Assembly: GCA_034660175.1 (NCBI GenBank)
Contig: JAYEIQ010000004.1
Location: 4,152 to 68,151, forward strand
Direction: 5' to 3'
Length of the DNA: 64,000 nucleotides
DNA from: Patescibacteria group bacterium
GTDB taxonomy: Bacteria > Patescibacteriota > Minisyncoccia > Moranbacterales > DUUL01
The translations under genes were made by a program, and so were the position numbers. Under the pieces are notes generated by a model. That model did no database searches and was not told the DNA's origin. It was given only the letters and a program-made list of their open reading frames with translations. Shown piece after piece: positions 1-9,994 of the stretch (within the stretch, counting starts at the first letter, position 1; every line of letters starts with the position of its first letter).

Positions 1-97
1 CACATGAGCAGGAGGTTGCAGTTTTGACAGTAATCGAAATGATGGTTAAATAGGAAACAATTCAACAAACATTTGAAAGAGAAAAGGAGAAACGAAA

Positions 98-421
98 ATG
101 AAGAAGATCATGAAAAGTATGATGGTAGTAGTAGTTTATTTGGTGATATCTGGAGCAGTTTGCTGGGCTGGAGAGTATCAGTTTCAGGCAGGTGACAAGT
201 TTCCACAATTTCATCTTACACCAGTTGGACTTTCTATTTGGGGTAGTGCTATAGATAATGCAACGGGATTTAACAATCTAACTGTTCTAGAAGAAGACGT
301 TCCGTATGAGACAATTAAAGCTTGGTATGGGACCATGTTGGTAGCAAGGATAGCAGACAGAGTTGTTCGTATTATTTATGATGACAGTTCTGGCAAAATC
401 ACCAAGGTGATTCCATGGTAA
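98..421 (+). CDS. small secreted hypothetical protein
   Basis: 107-aa ORF; signal-peptide-like N-terminus (MKKIMK...AVCWA); AAGGAG RBS upstream. Confidence 0.7.
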   Translation: MKKIMKSMMVVVVYLVISGAVCWAGEYQFQAGDKFPQFHLTPVGLSIWGSAIDNATGFNNLTVLEEDVPYETIKAWYGTMLVARIADRVVRIIYDDSSGKITKVIPW

Positions 422-470
422 AAGCTGTATATTAACGTTTTAAATATTTGGAGGGACAACGAGAGTAGAT

Positions 471-508
471 CCCCTGACTTGGAAAAGTAACAAGCAGGGG
501 ATTTTATT
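471..508 (+). terminator. probable intrinsic terminator
   Basis: CCCCTG...CAGGGG stem followed by ATTTTATTTT. Confidence 0.5.
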
Positions 509-601
509 TTGGCTGGATTTTTTTGCTTGTGAGATAGAATCAAAGTATTATTTTTAATTTGTTAGTTTCGTGAAAACAAATTAATCATAAAAAACAGAAA
601 A

Positions 602-764
602 ATGGAAAAGGTAGTGATGAAACTGAAAAAAGTTAATCGCTATAGTTATTCTTTAATTATTCCAAAAGAATTTATTGCAAAATACAGTTGGAGAGAGCGT
701 CAAAAATTTGTAATCAAGGATAAGGGAGGAGGGGCTGGAAATAAGAGATTGGAAAAATAGATAG
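602..764 (+). pseudogene. AbrB/MazE-type small DNA-binding protein, frameshifted near the C-terminus
   Basis: MKLKKVNRYSYSLIIPKEFIAKYSWRERQKFVI resembles 5923-6105; the matching tail LEIRDWKNR* lies in the +1 frame (735-764) after a G-run. Confidence 0.6.
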
Positions 765-862
765 CTATCAAGTCTGGATTTTGTCATTGTTTCAATGTAT
801 ACTTATCGTATGTGACGCTGGATTGTGTCAGATGTGGTTTGTTATGATAAAAATAATAAAAA

Positions 863-1413
863 ATGAATATAAAAGGATACATCAAAGAATCAATTAAAGT
901 AAAGCAAATCATTCTTGAGAGTGAGAAGTTGATGGAGTTATTAAAATTTTGAATGGATGTTTTGTTGATTTGGGAAGATGTTGGTTACTTGGAATGGCGG
1001 AAGCATTGTTGATTCACAACACTTTGTTGCTGAGATTGTTGGCAGGTACAAGTTGGGGCGAAGGGGCTATCCAGTAATTGTTCTAACTACAGACACTTCC
1101 ATTTTGACTGCTTGGACAAATGATTATGAATACGATACTGTATTTGAGAGGCGAATTGAAGCTTTAGGAGAAGAGAAGGACGTTTTTTTGGAATTTCAAC
1201 TAGTGGTAATTCAAAAAGTATTGTTTTAGGTGTTGAAAAAGCGAAAAAAATGGAATGAGCACAGTTTATTTGTTGGGCAAAAATGAAGGTGAGCTGAAAG
1301 ATTTGGCAGATATATCGATTATTATTCCATCGAAAAACACACTAAGGATTCAAGAGGCATATATAATGATAGTTCATATTATTTGTGAAGAAATTGAAAA
1401 GAGTTTTAAATAA
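863..1413 (+). pseudogene. gmhA: phosphoheptose isomerase (SIS domain), fragmented
   Basis: GmhA motifs spread over several frames: [55 protein letters not shown]; stops and frameshifts at homopolymer runs. Confidence 0.85.
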
Positions 1414-1418
1414 AAAGT

Positions 1419-2936
1419 ATGAAAAAAGAAAACAGAAGATTCTTTAAAATTATTAAAAGATTTGATAAGAGAAGCATCTGTGTAATCGGGGATTTGATGC
1501 TTGATCAATTTATTTGGGGAAAAGTTAAGAGGATTTCCCCAGAAGCTCCAGTTCCGGTTGTGCTTGCGCAGAAAGAGACCTTTGTCCCTGGTGGTGCAGG
1601 TAACACTGCATTTAACATCGCATCTCTGGGAGGTAAAGTTACTTTAGTTGGTGTTGTTGGTGATGATTTATGTGGTGAACAATTGAAAAAGGAGCTTGAA
1701 AAAAGGAGAGTAAATGTTATGGGGATTGTTGTTGACAAAGGAAGACTAACCACACAAAAAACTAGAATTGTGGCAGAGAATCAGCACGTTGTGCGTGTGG
1801 ACAGGGAAAATGTTGAGAAGGTTGATGCTAAGATTTCAAAAGATATTTTTGATTTTGTCGTTAAGAACATTACGTATTTTGATTGTTTGGTTGTTTCTGA
1901 CTATGCGAAAGGGATGATTGAGAAAGAGTTGGCGCAGGGACTTATTGGACTTGCCAAAGAAAATAAAAAAATGATTGTGGGGGACATTAAACCTTGGCAC
2001 GCGTCGTTTTTTCAAAATATAGATCTCATTACTCCAAATTTAAAGGAAGCTCAAGAAATTTCAAAGAGAGATAATGTTGAGAGGATGGGGAGGGTTATTC
2101 AGTCGAAATTACATTGTAATGTTATCATCACTAAAGGCGCAGGAGGATTAAGCGTTTTTGAGGGTAAAAATATTAGTAATTTCTCAACTCAAACGAGGGA
2201 GGTCTATGATGACCCAGATGTCTATTATAAAAAAGATGACAGTCCCTTGACCAAGGCGGATTTGGCGTCAGAGAAAGTTCTTCTTGATCGTCTCAAAGAA
2301 TTTGGTGATTTTGGATTTTTGTCTGAGGAAAGTGCCGATGATAAATCAAGGTTGGACAAAGAATATACTTGGATTATCGATCCATTGGATGGAACAATGG
2401 ACTTTATTCAAAAGACAGGAGAATTTTCAGTGATGGTTGGTTTGGTGAAAGGTGGGTTGCCAGTAATGGGTGTGGTCTATCAACCATCAATTGAGAAAAT
2501 ATATTTTGCAGAGAAAAGCAAAGGGGCTTTTGTGCGAATCGGTCAGGGAGCTGAGATCAAACTACGAGTTTCGCAAGTTTCTGACTTGAAGGAGGCTCGT
2601 TTGGTGGTGAGTCGCAATCACTTGAGCAAAAGGGATAGCTCTGTTGCAATTGATATGGGATTGGGTAACTATGTTCAAGCAGGCTCGAATGGAGTGAAGA
2701 TGTGTTTTATTGCTCAGGGGAATGCAGAACTGTTTTTCAACTCATGGACAGGATTTGGTGAATGGGACAGTTGTGGTCCGGATTTGATCTTGAGAGAGTC
2801 TGGAGGAGTGGTAACTGGTATGGATGGAAAACCGCTCAAATATAACAAAGAAGTTCCAAAAAGCGATCGTGGCATTGTTGCCAGCAACGGATTGCTTCAC
2901 GATGACATAATCAACAACTTTGCAAAAAGGAAATGA
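1419..2936 (+). CDS. chimera of a truncated HldE/RfaE heptose kinase (PfkB) domain and a CysQ-type 3'(2'),5'-bisphosphate nucleotidase
   Basis: N-part GDLMLDQF..RISPEAPVPV, GGAGN, SDYAKG, TPNLKEA; C-part KDDSPLTKAD, LSEE, WIIDPLDGT, EWD. Confidence 0.85.
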   Translation: MKKENRRFFKIIKRFDKRSICVIGDLMLDQFIWGKVKRISPEAPVPVVLAQKETFVPGGAGNTAFNIASLGGKVTLVGVVGDDLCGEQLKKELEKRRVNVMGIVVDKGRLTTQKTRIVAENQHVVRVDRENVEKVDAKISKDIFDFVVKNITYFDCLVVSDYAKGMIEKELAQGLIGLAKENKKMIVGDIKPWHASFFQNIDLITPNLKEAQEISKRDNVERMGRVIQSKLHCNVIITKGAGGLSVFEGKNISNFSTQTREVYDDPDVYYKKDDSPLTKADLASEKVLLDRLKEFGDFGFLSEESADDKSRLDKEYTWIIDPLDGTMDFIQKTGEFSVMVGLVKGGLPVMGVVYQPSIEKIYFAEKSKGAFVRIGQGAEIKLRVSQVSDLKEARLVVSRNHLSKRDSSVAIDMGLGNYVQAGSNGVKMCFIAQGNAELFFNSWTGFGEWDSCGPDLILRESGGVVTGMDGKPLKYNKEVPKSDRGIVASNGLLHDDIINNFAKRK

Positions 2937-4618
2937 TTAGTCCTCATGGTGGCAAATTGGTTGACAAGACTTTTGTTGGTGATGCAAGTGCTGAGACTGC
3001 TCGATTGAGAAAGATTGTGGCAACATTGAAAATTGGTCCGAATCAAATTCAAGATATTGTCAATATAGCTCAAGGGGTGTTTTCGCCCCTTGATGGTTTT
3101 TTGAGGGAGAACGAATTTCTATCTGTTTTGAATGAAATGCGTTTGAATGATGGGACGGTTTGGCCGATTCCTATTGTTTTAGATGTTCTAACGGCTGAGA
3201 AAAAAAGATTAGAACAACAAGAAAAAATTCTTTTGATTGATTCAAAAAATCAGCCAGTTGCTTTTTTGTCGAACTCTTCTTTTTTTCGTTTTGATAAAGA
3301 AGAATTTGCTTTGAAAGTTTTTGGAATCACGGATCAAAATCATCCTGGAGTCAGGGATGTTTTTGAGATGAAGGAATTTTTAATTGGAGGGAAGATTGAG
3401 TTGATTGGGCAGTTTCGAGAAAGTGTTGTCCTAAAGAGTCCTGCAGAGATTAGAAGTGAATTTTTGAAGAGGGGTTGGGAATCAATTGTTGCTTTTCAAA
3501 CTCGCAATGTTCCACACAGGGGGCATGAATTTTTACAGAAGGAGGCTTTAAAAAAAGTAGACGGATTGTTTGTCCAGCCAGTGATTGGAGAAAAGAAAAT
3601 GGATGATTTCAAAGATGAGTATATTATTGGGAGCTATGAGATTTTGATTGAAAAGCATTTTCCTGCTGGTAAGGCAATGCTTGGTGTATTGCCACTCAAA
3701 ATGCGTTATGGTGGACCAAAGGAAGCGTTGCTTCATGCAATCATTCGCAAAAATTTTGGTTGCACCCATTTCATTGTTGGTCGTGATCATGCTGGGGTGG
3801 GTGATTTCTATCATCCAACGGAAGCACAGGAAATATTTGAACAATTTGGTCCAAGCGAGCTTGGAGTTGAGATCTTGAAATTTCCAGAGGTGGTGTTCGA
3901 CAAAGAAAAAGGAAAACACTGTTTTGTTGACGAATGCTCTGAATCGAATAGGATAAGGTTCAGTGGCACAAAGTTGAGAGATTTTGTGAAAAACAAGAAA
4001 GAGCCTCCAAGACACTTGATCAGGCGTGATGTGTTCGAGTTGCTCTCGAGTAGTGATAATTCGTTAGTTGATGAAAATTACAAAATGAAAACAAGCAAAA
4101 GAGGATTTGTTCTTTGGTTCACAGGATTGTCTGGTGCAGGAAAAAGCACTGTTGCGGATTTGGTTTTTGAGCATCTGAGGGGTAATGGCACCAGAATTGA
4201 GAGGCTTGATGGTGATGTTGTCCGGGAGAATTTGGCTCAAGATCTTGGTTTTTCCAAAAAAGATCGTGACGAGAACATTCGTCGAATTGGTTTTGTAGCA
4301 GACCTGCTTTCTCGCAATGGAGTGGGAGTGATTGCTTCTTTTATTTCTCCCTACCAAAAACAGCGAGATGAGCTGCGCAAAGAAGTCGAGAATTTCATTG
4401 AAGTTTTTGTGAATGCTCCTTTGGAGATCTGTGAGGAGCGAGATCCAAAGGGAATGTATAAAAAAGCTCGAGCGGGTGAGATCAAGAACTTTACTGGAAT
4501 TTCTGATTCCTATGACTCACCAAAAGACCCAGACATTGAACTGAGAACTGACAAGGGAACACCAAGAGAGTGTGTACAGCAGGTGATAGATTATTTAGAC
4601 GAAAAAGGCTTCATTTAG
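2933..4618 (+). CDS. sat: bifunctional sulfate adenylyltransferase / adenylylsulfate kinase (PAPS synthase)
   Basis: PHGGKL, AFQTRNVPHRGHE, HFIVGRDHAG (Sat); WFTGLSGAGKST, LDGD, RDPKGMY (CysC). Confidence 0.95.
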   Translation: MISPHGGKLVDKTFVGDASAETARLRKIVATLKIGPNQIQDIVNIAQGVFSPLDGFLRENEFLSVLNEMRLNDGTVWPIPIVLDVLTAEKKRLEQQEKILLIDSKNQPVAFLSNSSFFRFDKEEFALKVFGITDQNHPGVRDVFEMKEFLIGGKIELIGQFRESVVLKSPAEIRSEFLKRGWESIVAFQTRNVPHRGHEFLQKEALKKVDGLFVQPVIGEKKMDDFKDEYIIGSYEILIEKHFPAGKAMLGVLPLKMRYGGPKEALLHAIIRKNFGCTHFIVGRDHAGVGDFYHPTEAQEIFEQFGPSELGVEILKFPEVVFDKEKGKHCFVDECSESNRIRFSGTKLRDFVKNKKEPPRHLIRRDVFELLSSSDNSLVDENYKMKTSKRGFVLWFTGLSGAGKSTVADLVFEHLRGNGTRIERLDGDVVRENLAQDLGFSKKDRDENIRRIGFVADLLSRNGVGVIASFISPYQKQRDELRKEVENFIEVFVNAPLEICEERDPKGMYKKARAGEIKNFTGISDSYDSPKDPDIELRTDKGTPRECVQQVIDYLDEKGFI

Positions 4619-4739
4619 AGTTGAATACTTGGTCTGATTTTTGGACAGCCTCCAGGCTGGTTTTCGTTAGGAATGTGATATATAATGTTTTTTATAGCAG
4701 AAAAATAGAGAAGTGAACATCAAGCAGTAAACAAGTGCC

Positions 4740-5858
4740 ATGAAGGTTTTGTTGTTAAATTATGAATTTCCACCAATTGGAGGGGGTGCAGCCACTGCCA
4801 CCCTCAATTTATTGAGGGAGTTTTCCAAAAGAAACGATGTTGAAGTGGATTTGATCACTTCATCTGTTGATAAAGAGAGGCAGGAGCAATTCAGTGAGAA
4901 TATCAAGATATATTTTTTGGACATTGAAAAAAATGGAAGATTGCACAATCAATCCAATGCTGATCTTTTGAAATATAGCTGGAAGGCTTGGAGACTTGCA
5001 AGGAAGCTGAGAAAGGAGAAAAAGTATGATCTGATCCATTCGTTTTTTGGAATTCCGTGTGGATTCGTTGCGATGTTGTTAGGGATGTCATATGTTGTGT
5101 CACTGCGAGGGTCTGATGTTCCGTTCTACAGTGAAAAATACAAATTGTTGGACACTTTGCTTTTTCAAAGATTGAGCAGAAGAATCTGGAAAAAAGCAGA
5201 TGTTGTTATTGCGAACTCTGAAGGTTTGAAAAAACTTGCGTTAAAGAGCTCACCAAAGCAAGAAATTGGTGTGATTTACAATGGGGTGGATACGGAAATT
5301 TTTGCTCCATCACAAAAAAAGCCAGAGGAGTTCACAATTATTTCAACTTCAAGACTTGAAAAACGCAAAGGGCTTGAATTTTTAGTTGAAGGGTTTGGAA
5401 AATTTAACAAACAATACAAGGACAGTAGATTGATCTTGATTGGTGGTGGTGATCAAGAGAATAAGCTTAGAAAAATATCTCATGATTTGGGTGCTGAGAG
5501 TGTAGTTGATTTTGTGGGCGTTCTTGATTTAGGCGAGCTTTCAAAGTGGTATAAGAAAGTGGATGTTTTCTCGTTGCCTTCATTCAACGAAGGCATGAGC
5601 AACTCTCTTTTGGAAGCAATTGCAAGCGGGTTGGCAATTGTTGCGACTGACACTGGAGGAACAAAAGAGTTAATAAATGATTCAAACGGTATTATTGTTG
5701 AAAAAGGTAGCAGTGAGGATGTTTTCAGGGCGTTTGAGAAACTGTACACGGACAGGCAATTGCTTGAATCAATGAAAGAGAAAAGTCGAGAAAAAGCACT
5801 TGTGATGAGTTGGATAAATATGTCAAATCAGTATTTAGAGGTATATAAAAAAGTATAG
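4740..5858 (+). CDS. glycosyltransferase family 4
   Basis: YEFPPIGGG N-terminus, RLEKRKG, EGMSNSLLEAIASG. Confidence 0.92.
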   Translation: MKVLLLNYEFPPIGGGAATATLNLLREFSKRNDVEVDLITSSVDKERQEQFSENIKIYFLDIEKNGRLHNQSNADLLKYSWKAWRLARKLRKEKKYDLIHSFFGIPCGFVAMLLGMSYVVSLRGSDVPFYSEKYKLLDTLLFQRLSRRIWKKADVVIANSEGLKKLALKSSPKQEIGVIYNGVDTEIFAPSQKKPEEFTIISTSRLEKRKGLEFLVEGFGKFNKQYKDSRLILIGGGDQENKLRKISHDLGAESVVDFVGVLDLGELSKWYKKVDVFSLPSFNEGMSNSLLEAIASGLAIVATDTGGTKELINDSNGIIVEKGSSEDVFRAFEKLYTDRQLLESMKEKSREKALVMSWINMSNQYLEVYKKV

Positions 5859-5896
5859 AGCTAGCTCTATACCTAGCTCTATACCCATGTTATAAT
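5853..5896 (+). promoter_or_regulatory. palindromic operator candidate plus extended -10 promoter
   Basis: perfect 20-bp palindrome GTATAGAGCTAGCTCTATAC (5853-5872), repeat CTAGCTCTATAC (5873-5884), TGTTATAAT (5888-5896). Confidence 0.55.
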
Positions 5897-5922
5897 CATG
5901 CTGTAGAATTGAAACGAAAACT

Positions 5923-6105
5923 ATGGCTCAAACAAAAAAAGAAGAAAGAATAACAAGAAAGCTTCAAAGAGTAGGTAGGGGGAGAACTTACAGCATCACA
6001 ATTCCAATCGAAATTATTCGTTCTTTTGGTTGGAAAGAAAAACAAAAGTTGGTTTTTGAAGCAGATAAAAGAAGAAATGTGATCAAGATCAGAGATTGGG
6101 AATAG
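5923..6105 (+). CDS. AbrB/MazE/SpoVT-family small DNA-binding protein
   Basis: RKLQRVGRGRTYSITIPIEIIRSFGWKEKQKL fits the swapped-hairpin pattern. Confidence 0.75.
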   Translation: MAQTKKEERITRKLQRVGRGRTYSITIPIEIIRSFGWKEKQKLVFEADKRRNVIKIRDWE

Positions 6106-6142
6106 AATATTAATTAATTTGGAGAGATAACAATAAACTTCA

Positions 6143-6859
6143 ATGTTGAAGCTGATTAAAGACAACTGGGCCAAACTAGCTGATCAATTGGCGGGCAAGA
6201 AGCTTTACTGGTTCAAGAGTCCTTCTGGGATCTTACTTCTGGGTGCCACCGAAAAGATCTTAAATAAATATTGTAGAGGAAAAGTTTTGGATGTTGGAGC
6301 AGGGAGATTGGCATACAAATCATTGCTAGAGAAACATTGCGAGGAATATAAAAGCATTGATTTTAAGGCAACCAGTCCTGAACTTGATTTTGTTGGTGAC
6401 GTACAAGACATGGAAGTTTTGAATGATGATCAATTTGACACAGTTTTTTGTTCTCAGGTACTGGAACATATTCCAGAACCTCAAAAAGCAATGAACGAGA
6501 TCAGTCGAATCTTGAAACGCGGTGGAAAGGCGATAATCTCAGTTCCTTTTTTGGGGTATTTACACAATGAGCCTTATGATTTTTTTCGTTATACGAAACA
6601 TTCTTTGAGATTTATTTCTAAGAGAGCGGGATTTGAAGTTGTGGAAATAAATGAGGTTGGTGGATTGTTTTCCTTTCTCGGCTACATTTGGTCTACTTTT
6701 TTTATTGGGTTATTTGCTGGAATTCCATTTTTGGGATATATAGTATTGTTAGTAAATATTCCGCTTTCATATTTTTTTATTTTACTTGATGTTGTTACGA
6801 TGAATAAGAAACTGATGCCATTGAACTATCTTTTTATTCTTAAAAAAAGGGATGTATAA
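6143..6859 (+). CDS. class I SAM-dependent methyltransferase
   Basis: VLDVGAG, FDTVFCSQVLEHIPEP, RILKRGG, HNEPYDFFRYT. Confidence 0.9.
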   Translation: MLKLIKDNWAKLADQLAGKKLYWFKSPSGILLLGATEKILNKYCRGKVLDVGAGRLAYKSLLEKHCEEYKSIDFKATSPELDFVGDVQDMEVLNDDQFDTVFCSQVLEHIPEPQKAMNEISRILKRGGKAIISVPFLGYLHNEPYDFFRYTKHSLRFISKRAGFEVVEINEVGGLFSFLGYIWSTFFIGLFAGIPFLGYIVLLVNIPLSYFFILLDVVTMNKKLMPLNYLFILKKRDV

Positions 6860-7961
6860 AATAGGGTTTGTTGTAAGAGCAATAAACAAGGGTGGAGGTG
6901 TAAAAATGGTTGTAAAAAATTTGCTGAAAAAAATTGATTTGTTGATGTTCACAAAGAGAGATTTGCAATTCATTGTCTATGCTGACAAGGAATATGATTT
7001 CTTGAGAGGATTGAAAAATATTAAAGTGGAAATTATTAAAAAACACAATGTGCTGCTGTGGGATAATATTTATCTGTATTGGAAACTAAAAGGAGATGGT
7101 TTGGATTGTGTTGTTTATCCCAAAAATGTTATCCCTCCTTCAAATCTCTCTTTAAAGTGCAAAAAGATGATTATTGTTCACGATTTAGCACATTTCAAAC
7201 AAGGTCTTAATGCATATAAATTTTGGGATGTTGTTTATATGAAAATGATGATAGGTGCTTCTTGTAGAAAAAGCAACCATATATTTTCAATTTCAGAGTT
7301 TACTAAAGAGAAAATAGTGAAAGAATTTAACATGAATGAAAGTAAAATCACGGTAATTCATGAGGGGGTAGAAAAAAAATTCAAAGAAATAAATAACAAA
7401 AAATTATTAAGCGAGGTGGTTGATAAGTATGGATTACAATTGCCTTTTTTTCTATATCCTGGATCAATCAGCCCGCGGAAAAATATTCTCAGAATTTTGG
7501 AGGTTTTCAATAATATCAAACATGAGATTCCTCACATGCTCTATTTTACGGGAGCGCGAGGGTGGAAAAATAAAGAGGTTTGGGAATATATAAGAGAAAA
7601 AAATTTGCAAAAAAGAGTTAAAAAAATAGGATATGTCAAGGAGAATGAACTCCCAATCTTTTATAATCTTGCAGATCTGTGTTTGTATCCAAGTCTCTAT
7701 GAGGGTTTTGGGTTGCCTATTCTTGAGGCACAGGCATGTGGGTGTCCCGTATTGACGTCCAATGTTTCAAGCTTGCCGGAAGTTGCAGGAAATGGAGCTG
7801 CTATTGTTGATCCATACTCAACGGAAGATATAAAAAAAGGTATATTGAAAATACTCAGAGACGGTAAATATCGAGAGGTGTTGGTAAAAAGTGGTATGGA
7901 GAATGTAGGAAGGTATAGCTGGAAAACATCTGCGAAGAAGATTGTTGAAAAAGCATCTTAA
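6852..7961 (+). CDS. glycosyltransferase family 4 (MtfB-like)
   Basis: GSISPRKN, PSLYEGFGLPILEAQACG, SSLPEVAG. Confidence 0.92.
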   Translation: MYKIGFVVRAINKGGGVKMVVKNLLKKIDLLMFTKRDLQFIVYADKEYDFLRGLKNIKVEIIKKHNVLLWDNIYLYWKLKGDGLDCVVYPKNVIPPSNLSLKCKKMIIVHDLAHFKQGLNAYKFWDVVYMKMMIGASCRKSNHIFSISEFTKEKIVKEFNMNESKITVIHEGVEKKFKEINNKKLLSEVVDKYGLQLPFFLYPGSISPRKNILRILEVFNNIKHEIPHMLYFTGARGWKNKEVWEYIREKNLQKRVKKIGYVKENELPIFYNLADLCLYPSLYEGFGLPILEAQACGCPVLTSNVSSLPEVAGNGAAIVDPYSTEDIKKGILKILRDGKYREVLVKSGMENVGRYSWKTSAKKIVEKAS

Positions 7962-7979
7962 ATTTAGGTAAAATCTTTT

Positions 7980-8864
7980 ATGGCAGAGAGTGATTTCAAA
8001 ATTGACTTTGTTGGTGTCGGGGCGGAAAAAGCGGGTAGTTCATGGGTTGCTGCCATGCTTGATGCGCATCCTGAAATTTGTCTTTCGCAACCGAAAGAAG
8101 TGCAGTATTTTAATGAAAAATCAAGTTATACAAGGGGATTGAATGCAAACTTCAACAAGGGTTTTGGTTGGTATGAAAAGCACTTTATCCATTGCAAAAA
8201 AAACTCAATTAAAGGTGAGTTTTCCACTGCCTATTTGCCAGATAAAACTGCTCCTAAAAAAATATTTCAGAGTTTTCCGGGAGTAAAATTGATCGTCTGT
8301 TTGAGAGATCCCGTTGATAGAATGTACTCCCAGTATTGGATGTATAAGAATTATTTTCTCAAAGAAAAAAGACCTTTTAGTGAGGTCGTGAGAGAGGAGA
8401 AAGAATATACAGAAAAAAGTCTGTATTTTAAACAGATAAAAGAATATCTGAAATATTTTTCACTTGAGAATATCCTATTTATAACACTTGATGAGATAAA
8501 GGAAAATCCGAAGATATGCCACAAAGCGTTATACAAGTTCGTTGGGACAAGGAATGTGGACTTTGTTCCAGGGAAAGGTGTCTTTGGGAGAAAAAATAAG
8601 GCGAAGAGAGTTAGATTTAGGTCTGGGCTTGTTCTAATTAACAGATTATCAAAGATATTCATATTTTTAGGTTTCTCTCGAGTTTTGAAAGTTCTTGTTA
8701 AGTACGGGTTCAAGGACTTTTGTTTGAGAATAATTTCGGATGAAAGTAGATATCCTCCAATAGACAAAGGATTGAGAAGCGAGTTGATTAAAAAATTTAT
8801 TTCTGATATTGACGATTTTGAGAGACTGACGGGAAAGAACTTAAGTTCATGGAAAAAAACATGA
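7980..8864 (+). CDS. PAPS-dependent sulfotransferase
   Basis: 5'-PSB loop GAEKAGSS, KEVQYF, 3'-PB motif LRDPVDRMYSQY. Confidence 0.9.
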   Translation: MAESDFKIDFVGVGAEKAGSSWVAAMLDAHPEICLSQPKEVQYFNEKSSYTRGLNANFNKGFGWYEKHFIHCKKNSIKGEFSTAYLPDKTAPKKIFQSFPGVKLIVCLRDPVDRMYSQYWMYKNYFLKEKRPFSEVVREEKEYTEKSLYFKQIKEYLKYFSLENILFITLDEIKENPKICHKALYKFVGTRNVDFVPGKGVFGRKNKAKRVRFRSGLVLINRLSKIFIFLGFSRVLKVLVKYGFKDFCLRIISDESRYPPIDKGLRSELIKKFISDIDDFERLTGKNLSSWKKT

Positions 8865-9994
8865 GACATTCAAAAAAATTAAGAGTAGCTCTTTTGACGC
8901 CAGATTTTCCTCCAAACCCGCGAGGTGGTTGTGGTGTAAGTTCTAACTTACTTGTGCAAGAGCTTAGAAAGTTGGGTTTATGTGTTGATGTGTATAGAGT
9001 AGGAAAGAAGGAGATAGCAGAGAAAAGCTCAAGTGGCAACATTTATCACTTTGTTGGTTTTCGGAAAGTTCCTATGATCAATAATTTGTTTGCGGTTATT
9101 CTTCTTCGCGGGAGGCTAAAAAAATATGATATAATACATGTCTACAATATGAGTCTTATCCCTGCAGCTGTACTCCTGAAGGGGAGAGATTCAAAAATAT
9201 TTGCCACTATCAACAACACAAATGGAGCTGTCGCTAGTACCTTTGTTGGAAAAAGAAAATTCAAGAATAAGATTAATGACTGGTTAACAACGTGGATGAT
9301 TAAACTTTTTAGAGGTGGTGTAGATTGCTATATTGCGCTCACTGCTTTTTTGAGGAGGCTGTATATTGAAAATGGTTATGTTGGTCACAAAATCAAAATG
9401 GTGCCGAATATGTATGATGAAATTTTTGTGGCAAAGCGCAATAAAGAGAGCAGAAAAGATGGGCATGTAAGGATTTTGTACGTTGGTCAGCTTGGTGACA
9501 ATAAGGGCGTATTGGATTTAGCTGTAGTGTGTAAGGATTTGTTAAATGACAAAAAATGGAAAGATAAACTGAAGGTAAAAATAATAGGAGATGGAAAGTT
9601 GAGGGGGGTAATTGAGACAATTTTAAAGAGGGAGATAGAGAGTGGTTCGGTCGAGATCTTTAACGAGCAATATGAAGATCTCCCTGATGAATATTGGAAC
9701 TCAGATCTGCTTATTCATCCTGCAAAATGGGATGAGCCCTTTTCAAGAACCTGGCTTGAAGCCATGGCTTCAGAGTTACCCATTTTATCATCGGACAATT
9801 CTAGTGCCAAAGAAGTTCTTGCTGGTTATGCTATTTTTTTCAAAATGGGAGATAGAGAGAGTTTGAAAAGAGCCATGTTGGAATTTTTAAAAAACAAAAC
9901 AAGGGAAGACGACGGTTTTTTTGTTGAAAGATTTAACCCGAAGAAGGTAACGAATAAAATAGTAAAATATTATCAAATAGAACATGAAATATAA
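8861..9994 (+). CDS. glycosyltransferase family 4
   Basis: PDFPPNPRGG, YVGQLGDNKG, EPFSRTWLEAMA; ATG at 8861 overlaps the upstream stop. Confidence 0.88.
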   Translation: MRHSKKLRVALLTPDFPPNPRGGCGVSSNLLVQELRKLGLCVDVYRVGKKEIAEKSSSGNIYHFVGFRKVPMINNLFAVILLRGRLKKYDIIHVYNMSLIPAAVLLKGRDSKIFATINNTNGAVASTFVGKRKFKNKINDWLTTWMIKLFRGGVDCYIALTAFLRRLYIENGYVGHKIKMVPNMYDEIFVAKRNKESRKDGHVRILYVGQLGDNKGVLDLAVVCKDLLNDKKWKDKLKVKIIGDGKLRGVIETILKREIESGSVEIFNEQYEDLPDEYWNSDLLIHPAKWDEPFSRTWLEAMASELPILSSDNSSAKEVLAGYAIFFKMGDRESLKRAMLEFLKNKTREDDGFFVERFNPKKVTNKIVKYYQIEHEI

